Positions 29,894 to 39,731 of a stretch of 64,000 nucleotides of DNA are shown in pieces. How positions within the stretch are numbered: position 1 is the stretch's first letter; the number at the start of each line of letters is the position of its first letter. Under the pieces are notes generated by a model. The model saw nothing but the letters and a program-made list of their open reading frames with translations, ran no database searches and had not been told where the DNA came from. Origin of the DNA: Spirochaetia bacterium. GTDB taxonomy: Bacteria; Spirochaetota; Spirochaetia; SZUA-6; Bin103. The translations under genes were made by a program, and so were the position numbers. Location of the stretch: NCBI GenBank assembly GCA_965203055.1, contig OZ241863.1, positions 3,616,001 to 3,680,000 on the forward strand. Reading direction: 5' to 3'.

Positions 29894-31698
29894 GCGGCGG
29901 CGCCGCCGCGGCCCGGCAGCCCCACCACGGGGTGTTCATCACCGCTCCGGGGCAGGTGGAACTGCGCCGCGACCGTCTGCCGGAGCGCTGGTTCGACGGC
30001 CCTTACGTGATCACCGAGTCGCTGGGCAACTCGGTGTGCTCGTCCGACCAGAAGGCGGTGCGCCAGTTCACCGAGCACGCGCGCATTCCCGGCAACGCCA
30101 CCCAGGTGGCGCTTGGCCACGAGACCGTGCACCGGGTGCTGGCCGCGCCGCCGACCGCCCCCGTCCGGCCCGGCCAAGTGGTGTTGATCACCCCCGGTCT
30201 GTCCAGCGCCCCGGTGAATCCCGACTCCTTCGCGCCCGATCCCGAGGCCGGCGTACTGGCGGCGCTCGGCTACTCGTTCCGCTACGCCGCCGGCCTGCGC
30301 CGCTACAGCGGCCTGCCGGAGCGGGTCGGCGAAGTGGTCGCCGAACAGGGCCTGGGCGAGCTGTTCATTCCGATCCCGGACGCCATCAGCGCGGACTCGG
30401 CCACCAGCCTAGCGACGCTGGCCCATGCCGAGCCGTTCGCCTGCTGCCGCGGCGCGCTACGCCACATGTTCACCCGCGGCGCGGACGGCGAGCTGGCGCC
30501 GGGGCTGCCGCCGGCCGCGGACGTGGCGCTGCTCAGCGGCACCGGGCGGATGGCGATGATCACCCTGGCCATCCTGGCGCGCGGCCCGCACTGGCCGCGG
30601 CGCGTGGCGGTTACCGGCAGCCGCGCCCGGCTGCGCCAGCTTGGCGCCGCCCCGGTGGTGGCGGCCCTGCGCGACCGCGGCGTGAGCGTGCACCTGGTGG
30701 ACCGCGCCGACGGCGCGGCGCTGGCGGAGCTGCGCGCCGAGCGCGGCTTCGACGGAGTGTTCACCTTCTACGCCAACCAGGAGAGCTACGACCTGGCGGC
30801 GGAGTTGGTGCGCCCCGGCGGCAACCTCAACAACTTCGCCGGCGCCGGCGACCCGGACCTCGTGTTGCCGATGACCATTCCCGCGGCGGGGCCGGACAGA
30901 GCTCAGGAAGCGGGAGCGGCGATCGGCGAGATGATTCATCCGCAGGCGCTCGGCGCGCCGCGGCGGGTGCGCGGGCTGGCCGCGCCGGCGCGGGTGGCGC
31001 TGGCCGGGTTCGATGCCGGCGACGCGCGCGTCGAGCGGTTGCTGCGCGCCCTCCCCGCCGGCACCGCGGTGGCCGGCGCCGGCCCGGCGGGCCGCTTCCC
31101 GGCGCTGGCGTTTGGCGCCGACCCGCCCTACACCGACCTGTTCATCGCCGGCCGCGGCGCCGCGGCCGCGCGCACCTACCGCGAGCGCGAGCTGCTGTTG
31201 GCGCGCGACGCGGCGGTGAACTTCGTCGACGGCGGCACCGCCATCAGCATCCGCTCGCGCCACCTGCACTACCTTTCACGGCACCAGATCTGCGGCCCCG
31301 CGGTGCCCTACTACCTGACCAACACTTCGGAGCCGGCCTCCGCCGACCTGGCCGAACAGGCGCGCGCGCCGCTCAACTTCGACTGGATGGTGCGCCGCAT
31401 CGCCGGCCTGGCCGCGGCCCCGCAACTGATCCGCGACGTCGGGCGCCGGTCCCCGTTCGGTTCCCACTTCGTCCTCACCCAACTGGAGGAACTCCCCTAC
31501 GTGGAGGTCGGCGCCGTGCCGTTCCGCGCCGCCGCCCGCGCCGAGCGGCAGGCCGGCCACACCCGCACCGCCGCCGCCTTGACCGCCGCCGCCGGCGTGC
31601 TCGCCGCTACCGGCGACCAGTGGTCCCGCGCCGTCGAGGACGCCCTCTACCACGCCCACGACCTCCCCCACCCCTTCGCCGAGCAGGCGCTTCGCTAG
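29890..31698 (+). CDS. Zn-dependent MDR oxidoreductase, L-sorbose-1-phosphate reductase (SorE)-like, extended
   Basis: SVCSSD, LGHE, GYSF, EPFAC, GTGRM, GFDGVF...LNNFAG, W-S-x-x-x-E tail; ATGA overlap with the SDR gene. Confidence 0.72.
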   Translation: MSGGAAAARQPHHGVFITAPGQVELRRDRLPERWFDGPYVITESLGNSVCSSDQKAVRQFTEHARIPGNATQVALGHETVHRVLAAPPTAPVRPGQVVLITPGLSSAPVNPDSFAPDPEAGVLAALGYSFRYAAGLRRYSGLPERVGEVVAEQGLGELFIPIPDAISADSATSLATLAHAEPFACCRGALRHMFTRGADGELAPGLPPAADVALLSGTGRMAMITLAILARGPHWPRRVAVTGSRARLRQLGAAPVVAALRDRGVSVHLVDRADGAALAELRAERGFDGVFTFYANQESYDLAAELVRPGGNLNNFAGAGDPDLVLPMTIPAAGPDRAQEAGAAIGEMIHPQALGAPRRVRGLAAPARVALAGFDAGDARVERLLRALPAGTAVAGAGPAGRFPALAFGADPPYTDLFIAGRGAAAARTYRERELLLARDAAVNFVDGGTAISIRSRHLHYLSRHQICGPAVPYYLTNTSEPASADLAEQARAPLNFDWMVRRIAGLAAAPQLIRDVGRRSPFGSHFVLTQLEELPYVEVGAVPFRAAARAERQAGHTRTAAALTAAAGVLAATGDQWSRAVEDALYHAHDLPHPFAEQALR

Positions 31699-32009
31699 CG
31701 CGCCAGCCGCGCACTCGCCAGCCGATTGAGGCTCACGCCCTCCTCGGCTGCCTGCAGCACCAGCTCCCGGTGGACTTCCGGCGGCACCCGCACGACGAAC
31801 CGGCCGCTGTACTTGCGGTCCGCAAGCGGCTCCGGCGGGGTCTCTCCGTTGGCCTGCATATCCGCCACCACTTCCCCAACCAGTTTCTGCATCCCGGCCA
31901 GCGCATCCAGCGGAGTAGCCGCCAGCCAACTCAGCGACGGAAACTCGACGCAGGTCGCGACATGCTCATCATCTTCAGGAGACCAAGCTACCCGGTAGGT
32001 ATAATGCAT
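31695..32009 (-). CDS. hicB: HicB-family antitoxin (orphan)
   Basis: YTYRVAWSPEDDEHVATCVEFPSLS; RHH tail YSGRFVVRVPPEVHR...GVSLN. Confidence 0.88.
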   Translation of the reverse strand: MHYTYRVAWSPEDDEHVATCVEFPSLSWLAATPLDALAGMQKLVGEVVADMQANGETPPEPLADRKYSGRFVVRVPPEVHRELVLQAAEEGVSLNRLASARLAR

Positions 32010-32047
32010 AGTAGCACCAGCCATTCAGTATCAATAATAGTACCATA

Positions 32048-35000
32048 ATGAAAGGGCAGTTGTTCACTCAGTACTTTCTGACCGACGGCATCCGCGCGAC
32101 GTCGGAATGGGAGGCCGCGGCAGCGCAGCTCGCCGACTTCCGGCACCGCCTGGACCGCTGCTACGGGCGGTTCGCGGCGCTGCACCAGCCCAACGAGGCG
32201 GTGACCGAGCAGGACCTGATCCGCCCGGTGCTGGCGCTGTTGGGATGGAGCGACTACCTGCCGCAACAGGGCGCCGCCGGCCGCGAGGACGTCCCTGACC
32301 ACCTGCTGTTCGCCGACGCGACCGCCAAGGCGCGGGCCGCGGCGCGCCCCGACTCCGGCGCGCGCTTTCAGGACGCCCTGGTGGTGCAGGAGAGCAAGCG
32401 CTTCGGACTCCCGCTCGACCACCGCGACCGCCGCGGCGGCACGCCGCACGGGCAGATGCTGCGCTACCTGGCGACCGCCGAGCTCGCTTCCGAACACCGC
32501 CTGCGGTGGGGCATCCTGACCAACGGCGGCGTGTGGCGCCTGTACGACGCCCGCGCCCGCCCGCGCGCCGCCGGGTTCTTCGAAGCCGATCTGGCGGAGG
32601 TGCTGCAGCCCGGCGCCGAAGATGGCCTGCGCATCTTCCGGCTGTTGTTCGGGCGCGCTTCCTTTACGCTGCAAGGGACGGCGACCGCCGCCTTCCTCGA
32701 AGCCGCCATCGTCGAGGGCAAGCGCTACGAGGAGGCGGTCGCGCAGGACCTGTCGGCGGTCGTCTTCGAGCGCGTGTTCCCGCGCCTGGTGGCGGCGATC
32801 GCCGCCGCGGCCGGGGAGGGCGCCGGCCTGTCGGAAGTCCGCTCCGCCGCGCTGATCTTCCTGTACCGGCTGCTGTTCCTGCTCTACGCCGAGGACCGCG
32901 GGCTGCTGCCGGTCAACGACGCGCGCTACGATGACTACGGCCTGCGCCGGCGGGTGCGCGACGAGGTGTCCCGCCGGATGGCCGCAGGGGATACCTTCTC
33001 CGCGACCGCCGGCAACTACTACCACCACCTGACCGAGCTGTTCCGGCAGATCGACCGGGGCGATGCGTCGATCGGCCTGCCGCCCTACGACGGCGGCCTG
33101 TTCGCGCCCGAGGCGGCGCCGCTGCTGGAGCGCATCCGGGTGCCGGACACGGTGACCGCCGAGGTGATCTACGATCTCAGCCATACCGCGGTCGGCCAGG
33201 CGCGCGCCGGCCCGGGAACCGACGGCGCGCGGCGCTTCGTCAACTACCGCGACATGTCGGTGCAGCAACTCGGTTCGATCTACGAACGCCTGCTGGAACG
33301 GGAACCGGTGCGCGCCGCCGGCGGCGGGGTGGAGATTCGCCTCGAACCCTACGCCCGCAAGGACAGCGGCAGCTTCTATACCCCGCAGGAGTTGGTCGAT
33401 CTGCTCGTGGATCAGACCCTGAAGCCGCTGGCCGAGGAGCGGCTGCGGGCGTTCGTGACGCGCGCGCAGGAGCTGGCCGCCGACCGCCGACCGCTGGCCG
33501 CGCGGCAGGAGGCTTTGGCGCGGCTCGATCCGGCGGTCGCGGTGCTGCGCCTCAAGGTGCTGGACCCGGCCATGGGCAGCGGCCACTTCCTGGTGACCGC
33601 GGTCGACTTCCTGGCCGACTGCATCGCCGAGCTGATCGAGCGCGCGCCGGGTATGGCGGAGTGGCTGGACGGCGCCTACGAGTCACCTCTGGTGGGCCGG
33701 ATCGCGGAGATTCGGCAGGGGATTCTGCGCCGGGCGCGGGCCGGCGCCTGGGTCATCGACGCGGCGCACCTGACCGACCAGGCGATCATCCGGCGGCTGG
33801 TGCTGAAGCGCTGCATCTACGGGGTGGACAAGAACCCGCTGACGGTGGAACTGGCGAAGGTTTCGTTGTGGCTGCACAGCTTCACGGTGGGGGCGCCGCT
33901 GTCGTTCCTCGACCACCATCTGCGGTGCGGCGACTCGCTGCTTGGCCTGCGCGTGCGGGAGGCGCTGCGCGAGCTGGACCGGCTCGGCGGGTTGTTCGCC
34001 GGGGCGGCGATGGCCGGCGCGGAGGTGGCGGCCGAAGGGATGGGGCGGATCGAGGAGATGTCCGATGCCGACGCCGCGGAGGCGCACGAGTCGGCGGCGG
34101 TGTTCGAGGGGGTGGAGGAGACCACCGCCGACCTGCGCGGGCTGCTCGACCGTCTGTGCGGGCTGCGGTGGATCACGGCCGGCATGAAGGCTGCGGCGCG
34201 CCGGGCATTGGAGCTGCCGCTGGAGCAGACGTTGAACCAGCGGCCGACCGACGCCTACCGGATTCTGGCGCGCGGGGCGGAGGCGGTGCGTGACGGCGCG
34301 CCGGCGGACGGCGCAGCCGGCGGCGCACTGGACGGCGCGGCGGGGACGCTACGGGCAGCCGGAGCCCATGCCCGGCGCGAGCGGTTTCTGCACTGGGAGG
34401 CGGCATTCCCCGGCGTGTGGCGGGAGTGGCAGAACGAGCGACCGGAGGGCGGCTTCGACGCCGTGATCGGCAACCCGCCGTGGGACCGCATCAAGCTGCA
34501 GGAGGTCGAGTGGTTCGCCACCCGCGCGCCGAAGATCGCGCGCGCCCCGACCGCGGCCGCGCGGCGGGCGGCGATCCGCCGGCTGCGGGAGCGGGGCGCA
34601 CCGCTGGCCGCGGCCTTCGATGCGGCCAAGGAACGGGCCGACCAGCTCGCCCGCATGGTGCGCGCGGCCGGCAGCTTCCCGCTGCTCGGCGGCGGCGACG
34701 TCAATCTCTACTCGCTGTTCGTGGAGCGCGCCATGAGCCTGGTCAAACCGGGCGGGCTGGTGGGACTGCTCACCCCATCCGGCATCTACGCCGACAAGAC
34801 CGCCGCCCCGTTTTTCAAAGGGCTCTCTACCGCGGGACGAATCGGCGGCCTGTTCGATTTCGAGAACCGGCGCCCGGGCACCGGGCTACCGCCGTTCTTT
34901 CCAGACGTCAACTCGCGGTTCAAGTTCTGCGCGCTGATCTTCGGGGGCGAAGGACGGCGCTTCACGCAGACCCGGTGCGCCTTCTTCCTGCACGACACCC

Positions 35001-36136
35001 GCTCGGTCGACGATCCGCAGCGCTGCTTCCCGCTGGCGCCGGACGACTTTGCCCGCGTCAATCCCAACACCGGCACCGCGCCGGTGTTCCGCACCCGCCG
35101 CGACGCCGACCTCACCCGCGGTATCTACCAACGCCATCCGGTGCTGGTCGACCGCTCCGGCGCGGAGGAACGCCGCGCTTGGCCGGTCCGCTACCACACG
35201 ATGTTTCACATGACCAACGACTCCGGTCTGTTCCGCACCGCCGCCCAGCTCGACGCCGACGGGTTCTACCGGATCGCCGGCAACCGGTGGAAGCGGGGAG
35301 CCGAGCTCTGCCTGCCGCTGTACGAGGGAAAGATGGTGCAGGCGTTCGACCACCGCGCCGCCAGCGTGATCGTCAACCCCGACAACCTGAACCGGCCGGC
35401 CCAACCCCGCGAGGCCACGCCGGACCAGCACGCCGATCCGCACTGGCTGCCGGACCCGCAGTTCTGGGTACCTGCCGATGCATGCCGGTGGGACTGGCCG
35501 TTGGAGTGGGTCGTCGGATTCAAGGAGATAACCGCTCCCACCAACCACCGCACCGTGATCGGCTCGGTCTTCCCGCAGGCGGCGTTCGGCAACAAGACCC
35601 CGATATTCCTGCCGATGGCGGGCGCCGCTGTCGAGATGACGGACGCCTACAAAGCATCCGCCCCATTGCTGGTCGCCAATCTGAATGCGATGGCGTTCGA
35701 TTTCGTCGCCCGACAGAAGGTGCACGGCCAGACCCTCAATCTGTTCATCGTCGAGCAACTGCCGGTCATCGCGCCCGGCGATTATGACCGGCGCTTCGGC
35801 GCCGCGACCGCGCGCGATCTGGTGCGCGACCACGTCCTGCGCCTCACCTATACCGCCCACGACCTGACGCCCTTCGCCCGCGACCTGGGCTGCGGCGGCG
35901 CGCCGTTCCCCTGGGACCCCGCAGCGCGCCGCCACCTGAGCGCTCGCCTCGACGCCCTCTACTTCCACCTCTACGGCCTGTCCCGCGAGGACGCCGCCTA
36001 CGTCCTCGACACCTTCCCCATCGTCCGCCGCCAGGATGAGACCGCGTGCGGCCGCTACCGCACCCGCGACCTCATCCTCGCCTACATGAACGCCTTGGCC
36101 GCCGGCGACACCACCACCGACGTCACACCGCGCTAG
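32048..36136 (+). CDS. Type IIG restriction-modification fusion (Eco57I-like endonuclease/N6-adenine methyltransferase)
   Basis: N-terminal PD...ESK and WGILTNG; SGSFYTP, motif I LDPAMGSGHFL, motif IV GNPPW; C-terminal TRD-like region. Confidence 0.9.
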   Translation: MKGQLFTQYFLTDGIRATSEWEAAAAQLADFRHRLDRCYGRFAALHQPNEAVTEQDLIRPVLALLGWSDYLPQQGAAGREDVPDHLLFADATAKARAAARPDSGARFQDALVVQESKRFGLPLDHRDRRGGTPHGQMLRYLATAELASEHRLRWGILTNGGVWRLYDARARPRAAGFFEADLAEVLQPGAEDGLRIFRLLFGRASFTLQGTATAAFLEAAIVEGKRYEEAVAQDLSAVVFERVFPRLVAAIAAAAGEGAGLSEVRSAALIFLYRLLFLLYAEDRGLLPVNDARYDDYGLRRRVRDEVSRRMAAGDTFSATAGNYYHHLTELFRQIDRGDASIGLPPYDGGLFAPEAAPLLERIRVPDTVTAEVIYDLSHTAVGQARAGPGTDGARRFVNYRDMSVQQLGSIYERLLEREPVRAAGGGVEIRLEPYARKDSGSFYTPQELVDLLVDQTLKPLAEERLRAFVTRAQELAADRRPLAARQEALARLDPAVAVLRLKVLDPAMGSGHFLVTAVDFLADCIAELIERAPGMAEWLDGAYESPLVGRIAEIRQGILRRARAGAWVIDAAHLTDQAIIRRLVLKRCIYGVDKNPLTVELAKVSLWLHSFTVGAPLSFLDHHLRCGDSLLGLRVREALRELDRLGGLFAGAAMAGAEVAAEGMGRIEEMSDADAAEAHESAAVFEGVEETTADLRGLLDRLCGLRWITAGMKAAARRALELPLEQTLNQRPTDAYRILARGAEAVRDGAPADGAAGGALDGAAGTLRAAGAHARRERFLHWEAAFPGVWREWQNERPEGGFDAVIGNPPWDRIKLQEVEWFATRAPKIARAPTAAARRAAIRRLRERGAPLAAAFDAAKERADQLARMVRAAGSFPLLGGGDVNLYSLFVERAMSLVKPGGLVGLLTPSGIYADKTAAPFFKGLSTAGRIGGLFDFENRRPGTGLPPFFPDVNSRFKFCALIFGGEGRRFTQTRCAFFLHDTRSVDDPQRCFPLAPDDFARVNPNTGTAPVFRTRRDADLTRGIYQRHPVLVDRSGAEERRAWPVRYHTMFHMTNDSGLFRTAAQLDADGFYRIAGNRWKRGAELCLPLYEGKMVQAFDHRAASVIVNPDNLNRPAQPREATPDQHADPHWLPDPQFWVPADACRWDWPLEWVVGFKEITAPTNHRTVIGSVFPQAAFGNKTPIFLPMAGAAVEMTDAYKASAPLLVANLNAMAFDFVARQKVHGQTLNLFIVEQLPVIAPGDYDRRFGAATARDLVRDHVLRLTYTAHDLTPFARDLGCGGAPFPWDPAARRHLSARLDALYFHLYGLSREDAAYVLDTFPIVRRQDETACGRYRTRDLILAYMNALAAGDTTTDVTPR

Positions 36137-36351
36137 CCGTCGGCGTCCAGCGAGAAATCGAGAGCCTCGGAGTAACGCGGAAGCCGGTACCGGAACCGCA
36201 GCGCCGTGCCGCCAAGGAACGCCCAGTCGGAAAATGCCCCGTGGTCCTGCAGCGCAAGCAGGATGCGGGCCTGCAGGTACTCCCGCGCGGTATTGCGCGC
36301 CTGGACGCCGTGCGGCTCGCCGGCGAGCAGCTCCAGCAGCGCCGCTTTCAT
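36133..36351 (-). pseudogene. Truncated AbiEii nucleotidyltransferase toxin
   Basis: REYLQ...FLGGTALR...RYSEALDF (family consensus RxSEDLDF); ends after 72 aa at the R-M stop. Confidence 0.82.
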
Positions 36352-36980
36352 GACCATCCCTCCTCGTCGCGCCAGAGGTTGAGCAGCAGGCGAACGGCGC
36401 GCGCGACCTTGCGCGAACCGGTTCTCAGCACCGCGGCGCGCAGCCGCTCCGCGTCAAGTGAGTCGGCGGGCGTGAGACGAAGCTCCCGCAGGTAGGGAAG
36501 CCGATCGCTGTGCGGGGTCAGATACAGCAGGTCGACCAGCGCCTTCTCGGCGCGGGCGAGCATCACGCGCTGGCCGTGCGCGACCTCGATCTCGACGAAA
36601 CCGAACATCCGCCGCGGGAGCAGGTGGCGAAACAGAAACCGTCCGCGCGGCGTATCGAGCTGCTGCGCCCGGCGGGTGGTGACGCTGGTGGTCACGGGAA
36701 CGTACTCGGGAATCATGCCGTAATGGGCCAGTGCCGAGTGCAAGCTCACATAGGATGCTCGGTCGAGCGCCCCGGCGATGGCGAACGGATGGGCCGGCGC
36801 GGCGGCGTATGGCGCCGCGACGAGATACACCCCGCGCCGGAGCTGCGCGACCCGTCCGGCCTTGACCCAGCGATCCAACTGCCGCCTCAGGTTCTCCGGG
36901 GAGCGTTGTCCCGCAAGGATCTGTCCCGTACGAAACAGCCCATGGGGGGCCACTCTGGCCAGCAGTACCTCGAATCTCAT
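36348..36980 (-). CDS. AbiEi-type antitoxin (type IV TA)
   Basis: wHTH LRRGVY, SYVSLHSALAHYGMIPE, EKALVDLLY; ATGA coupling to the abiEii remnant. Confidence 0.88.
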   Translation of the reverse strand: MRFEVLLARVAPHGLFRTGQILAGQRSPENLRRQLDRWVKAGRVAQLRRGVYLVAAPYAAAPAHPFAIAGALDRASYVSLHSALAHYGMIPEYVPVTTSVTTRRAQQLDTPRGRFLFRHLLPRRMFGFVEIEVAHGQRVMLARAEKALVDLLYLTPHSDRLPYLRELRLTPADSLDAERLRAAVLRTGSRKVARAVRLLLNLWRDEEGWS

Positions 36981-37053
36981 GGCAATAACATGACATCAAT
37001 GTCTATTTATCGCCACGACAGTTCCACGCTATCCGGACGACCGTGTGCTACAC

Positions 37054-37143
37054 TGGCCGTATGACGAGTTCGCCCCGATCGCGGCCGCAATCGACCGGCT
37101 GATGGAGGCCAGGCAATGGGCAAGCACGAAGAAAGACGCCTAG
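37054..37143 (+). pseudogene. C-terminal remnant homologous to the ORF at 44999-45295
   Basis: Translates WPYDEFAPIAAAIDRLMEARQWASTKK versus WPYDEFLPIAKEIDKLLMSRRWASRKK. Confidence 0.75.
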
Positions 37144-37523
37144 ATAGCGACTACTCGGCGAAGCCGCTCTCCGGCCGACCCACCGCCGACGAGATTGCCG
37201 CGGCATGGGACGCAGACCCGTGGGGGCGTAGATTCTTTGTCGCTGACGACGTGATAGAGTTTCCAGATGGCGTCCTGGGAGCCAGATTTTCCGGCAAGTG
37301 GTATGTCGTGGACGATAGCGACAGCAACCGCCAGCGGCCGGACTTCAGCCAGCCCATCGAATGGGAGCCGGGCAAGAAGCCGGCGTTCCGCGTTCGGCAG
37401 GGGGATGACGGTAGCTGGTACGCCGTGAGTGACAACGGCGAACTGGACCTCGACCGACCCGTCAAATTGGTGGATGGCCACTGGGTGGAAGCCGACACAT
37501 CCAACGGAAGCGTTGAGGCATGA
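37116..37523 (+). CDS. Hypothetical acidic Trp-rich protein
   Basis: GGAGG RBS; N-terminus MGK...DSDYS..PL.G shared with 44832-45041. Confidence 0.65.
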   Translation: MGKHEERRLDSDYSAKPLSGRPTADEIAAAWDADPWGRRFFVADDVIEFPDGVLGARFSGKWYVVDDSDSNRQRPDFSQPIEWEPGKKPAFRVRQGDDGSWYAVSDNGELDLDRPVKLVDGHWVEADTSNGSVEA

Positions 37524-37925
37524 CTGCCGTCGAGGAATTGGCCTTGCGGATATCGATCCTGTCCTCCACCGCCGACCCCGCTTCGGTAACGGAGCTCGTC
37601 CCTCCGCGACGGGCGACAATCGGGTCCTGATAGCCGGGCACGTCGTGGAGATGACCCTGTCCTACCGGATCGCCGAGGCGGAACAGGTCTACGGCAAGCG
37701 GTGGGACGATGAGTTGGACCGGCACCTCCAGATGGGATGTTCGCCATAGACCGGATCTCCGCCGACGGTACCATGGGAAAGCGGCGACGGCCCGAACCCC
37801 GCGTGGTCGACGGCGTCTGCCGCCGGACCGCACGGATAGGCAACTGCGAAGACGTGGCCCCGATAAGCCACTCTTGGGGGACGAGGACGATCAATCCAGA
37901 CGGAACCTGCCGCCGCCCCGAGCCG

Positions 37926-37948
37926 TATAGTTGCGTCCCCGGGACGCA
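37926..37948 (+). promoter_or_regulatory. -10-like TATAGT followed by palindrome TGCGTCCC-C-GGGACGCA (copy A)
   Basis: Identical copy at 39732-39754; about 45 bp upstream of each mcrB start; no clear -35. Confidence 0.45.
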
Positions 37949-37993
37949 GCCGATCGACCACTCCACGCTCACCGCGCATGAAGGAGGATAGTT

Positions 37994-39547
37994 GTGTCCA
38001 AAGCTGCAGGATGGGATGCTTACTTCGAACTCGTACTGACCCTCAACTGGGACGATGTCGAGTCGGAGATGGAGCGTAAGCGCGCCAGTGAACGGTATTT
38101 GCGATCAGTAGTAAACAGCGGGGAGCTGCCTAGCGACTTAGCTACCTTCGGGAAACATTTAACTAAACTTAACAACAGGAAGAGGGTGAATGCTCTGTCT
38201 AAATGGCATCACGACGCTCCGGAACAAATGGAGGAAGCTCTGAGACGTCTTTGGGCTGGATTGTCTGACAGGTTGCCGCCGAGAGAAGAGGTATTCACAC
38301 GGATTCGCACATTCGCCGAGCAATTGCCGGTTGTCAAGTATCTCTCCACCCGGGAAGGGCGCATGGCGCTGATCTCCGCCCTGCTCGTAGGGATTTCGGC
38401 GGAGCGTTACCCTCGGTTCGGGGTGGAAATGTTTGAAAAGGCATACAAGTTTACGGACCACCCCGACACGTCCAAGGATGCGGACGAGGCGACTCGGTAT
38501 GAGCACGCGTTGAAGTTTCTCGACAAGTTCGTCGAGGAAGCTCGGGCGCGTGGACTCGAACGGCCTCGCAACCTCCTCGAAGCACGCTCGGTAGTCCGCA
38601 TACTATTCCGTGACAAACTCTACCCGGACCTCGATCCGCCACCGAAGGCCGGGTTGCAGCGGCTCGCCGACGAGTTGCTCATCGAGCGTGCCTTTCCTGT
38701 TCGTGTCAAGAAGCTGTTGGCCGACAAGCGACAGGTCGTGTTCCAGGGGCCGCCGGGTACGGGGAAGACCTACGTCGCGCGGAAGTTGGCGGAGTGCCTG
38801 GCGGGGTCGGCGCAACGCGTCCGGCTGGTGCAGTTCCATCCGTCCTATGCCTACGAGGACTTCGTGCAGGGCTTCCGCCCGTGTTTGCGGGACGGGCAGC
38901 CGGGCTTCGAACTCACCGGCGGACCGCTGCTCGCCGCGGCCGAACAGGCGCGGGCGGAGCCGGACGAGAGGCACTTCCTGGTCATCGACGAGATCAACCG
39001 CGGCAACCTCTCCAAGGTGTTCGGCGAGCTCTACTTCCTGCTCGAATACCGCAACGAGGAGATGAGCCTTCAGTACTCCGCCAAGCCCTTCTCCTTGCCC
39101 GACAACCTGTACTTGATCGGCACGATGAATACCGCCGACCGCTCCATCGCACTGGTAGACCTGGCGCTGCGCCGCCGATTCCACTTCGTGGAGTTTCACC
39201 CCGACAAGCCCCCGGTCGCCGGCCTGCTCGACCGCTGGCTGAAGCAGCACGCCGCCGAGTGGTCCTGGCTGGCGGCCGTCGTCGACCACGCGAATGGCAA
39301 GCTGAGCGACCGGCAGGCGGCGATCGGGCCGAGCTATTTCATGAAGCGGGACCTCGACGACGAGATGGTCCGTCTGATCTGGGAGCACAACGTGCTGCCC
39401 TACGTCGAGGAGCACCTGTACGGGGAGCACGAGCGGCTGCGCGAATTCGATCTGGACGCACTTCGGAAGGAGCTGGGCGACGGCGCGAACCGGGACGGCG
39501 GCGCCCCGCCCGCGGACGACGACGGACCTATCGATGAGACAGATTGA
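37994..39547 (+). CDS. mcrB: McrB-family AAA+ GTPase, copy 1
   Basis: GPPGTGKT, VQFHPSYAYEDF, IDEINRG, MNTADRS, LRRRF; AAGGAGG RBS. Confidence 0.93.
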   Translation: MSKAAGWDAYFELVLTLNWDDVESEMERKRASERYLRSVVNSGELPSDLATFGKHLTKLNNRKRVNALSKWHHDAPEQMEEALRRLWAGLSDRLPPREEVFTRIRTFAEQLPVVKYLSTREGRMALISALLVGISAERYPRFGVEMFEKAYKFTDHPDTSKDADEATRYEHALKFLDKFVEEARARGLERPRNLLEARSVVRILFRDKLYPDLDPPPKAGLQRLADELLIERAFPVRVKKLLADKRQVVFQGPPGTGKTYVARKLAECLAGSAQRVRLVQFHPSYAYEDFVQGFRPCLRDGQPGFELTGGPLLAAAEQARAEPDERHFLVIDEINRGNLSKVFGELYFLLEYRNEEMSLQYSAKPFSLPDNLYLIGTMNTADRSIALVDLALRRRFHFVEFHPDKPPVAGLLDRWLKQHAAEWSWLAAVVDHANGKLSDRQAAIGPSYFMKRDLDDEMVRLIWEHNVLPYVEEHLYGEHERLREFDLDALRKELGDGANRDGGAPPADDDGPIDETD

Positions 39548-39614
39548 CCTGCGGGAATACGAAAGCAGCGAACCGGTTGCGCTCGCGATCGACGAGCGTG
39601 ACCGGTTGGCCGAG
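39534..39614 (+). pseudogene. mcrC 5' fragment (about 27 codons) fused to the copy B leader
   Basis: MRQIDLREYESSEPVALAIDERDRLAE matches the N-terminus of McrC at 41408. Confidence 0.88.
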
Positions 39615-39731
39615 CCCAGCGTGGGCGACAGCGTCTGCCGCCGGTCTGCACGGATAGGCAACTGCGAGACGTGGCCCGATCCACTATTGGATGACGATCA
39701 GCCAGACGGAACCTACGGCCGTCCCGAGCCG

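Larger units (their letters stand above)
37792..39613 (+). repeat. Tandem duplication copy A (leader + mcrB1 + mcrC 5' end)
   Basis: Aligns by eye with 39610-41488; near-identical over the GTPase region and the mcrC start. Confidence 0.92.

Noticed and set aside
32048..36136. BREX or DISARM system built around the large methyltransferase
   Set aside because: No pglZ, brxC, SNF2 or DUF1998 partner nearby; the XPB helicase is a separate locus
37520..37991. Small ORFs in the leader before mcrB1 (including the 84-aa ...PIDHSTLTAHEGG ORF)
   Set aside because: No recognisable family, and the second copy has indels; the region may be degraded coding sequence but cannot be called
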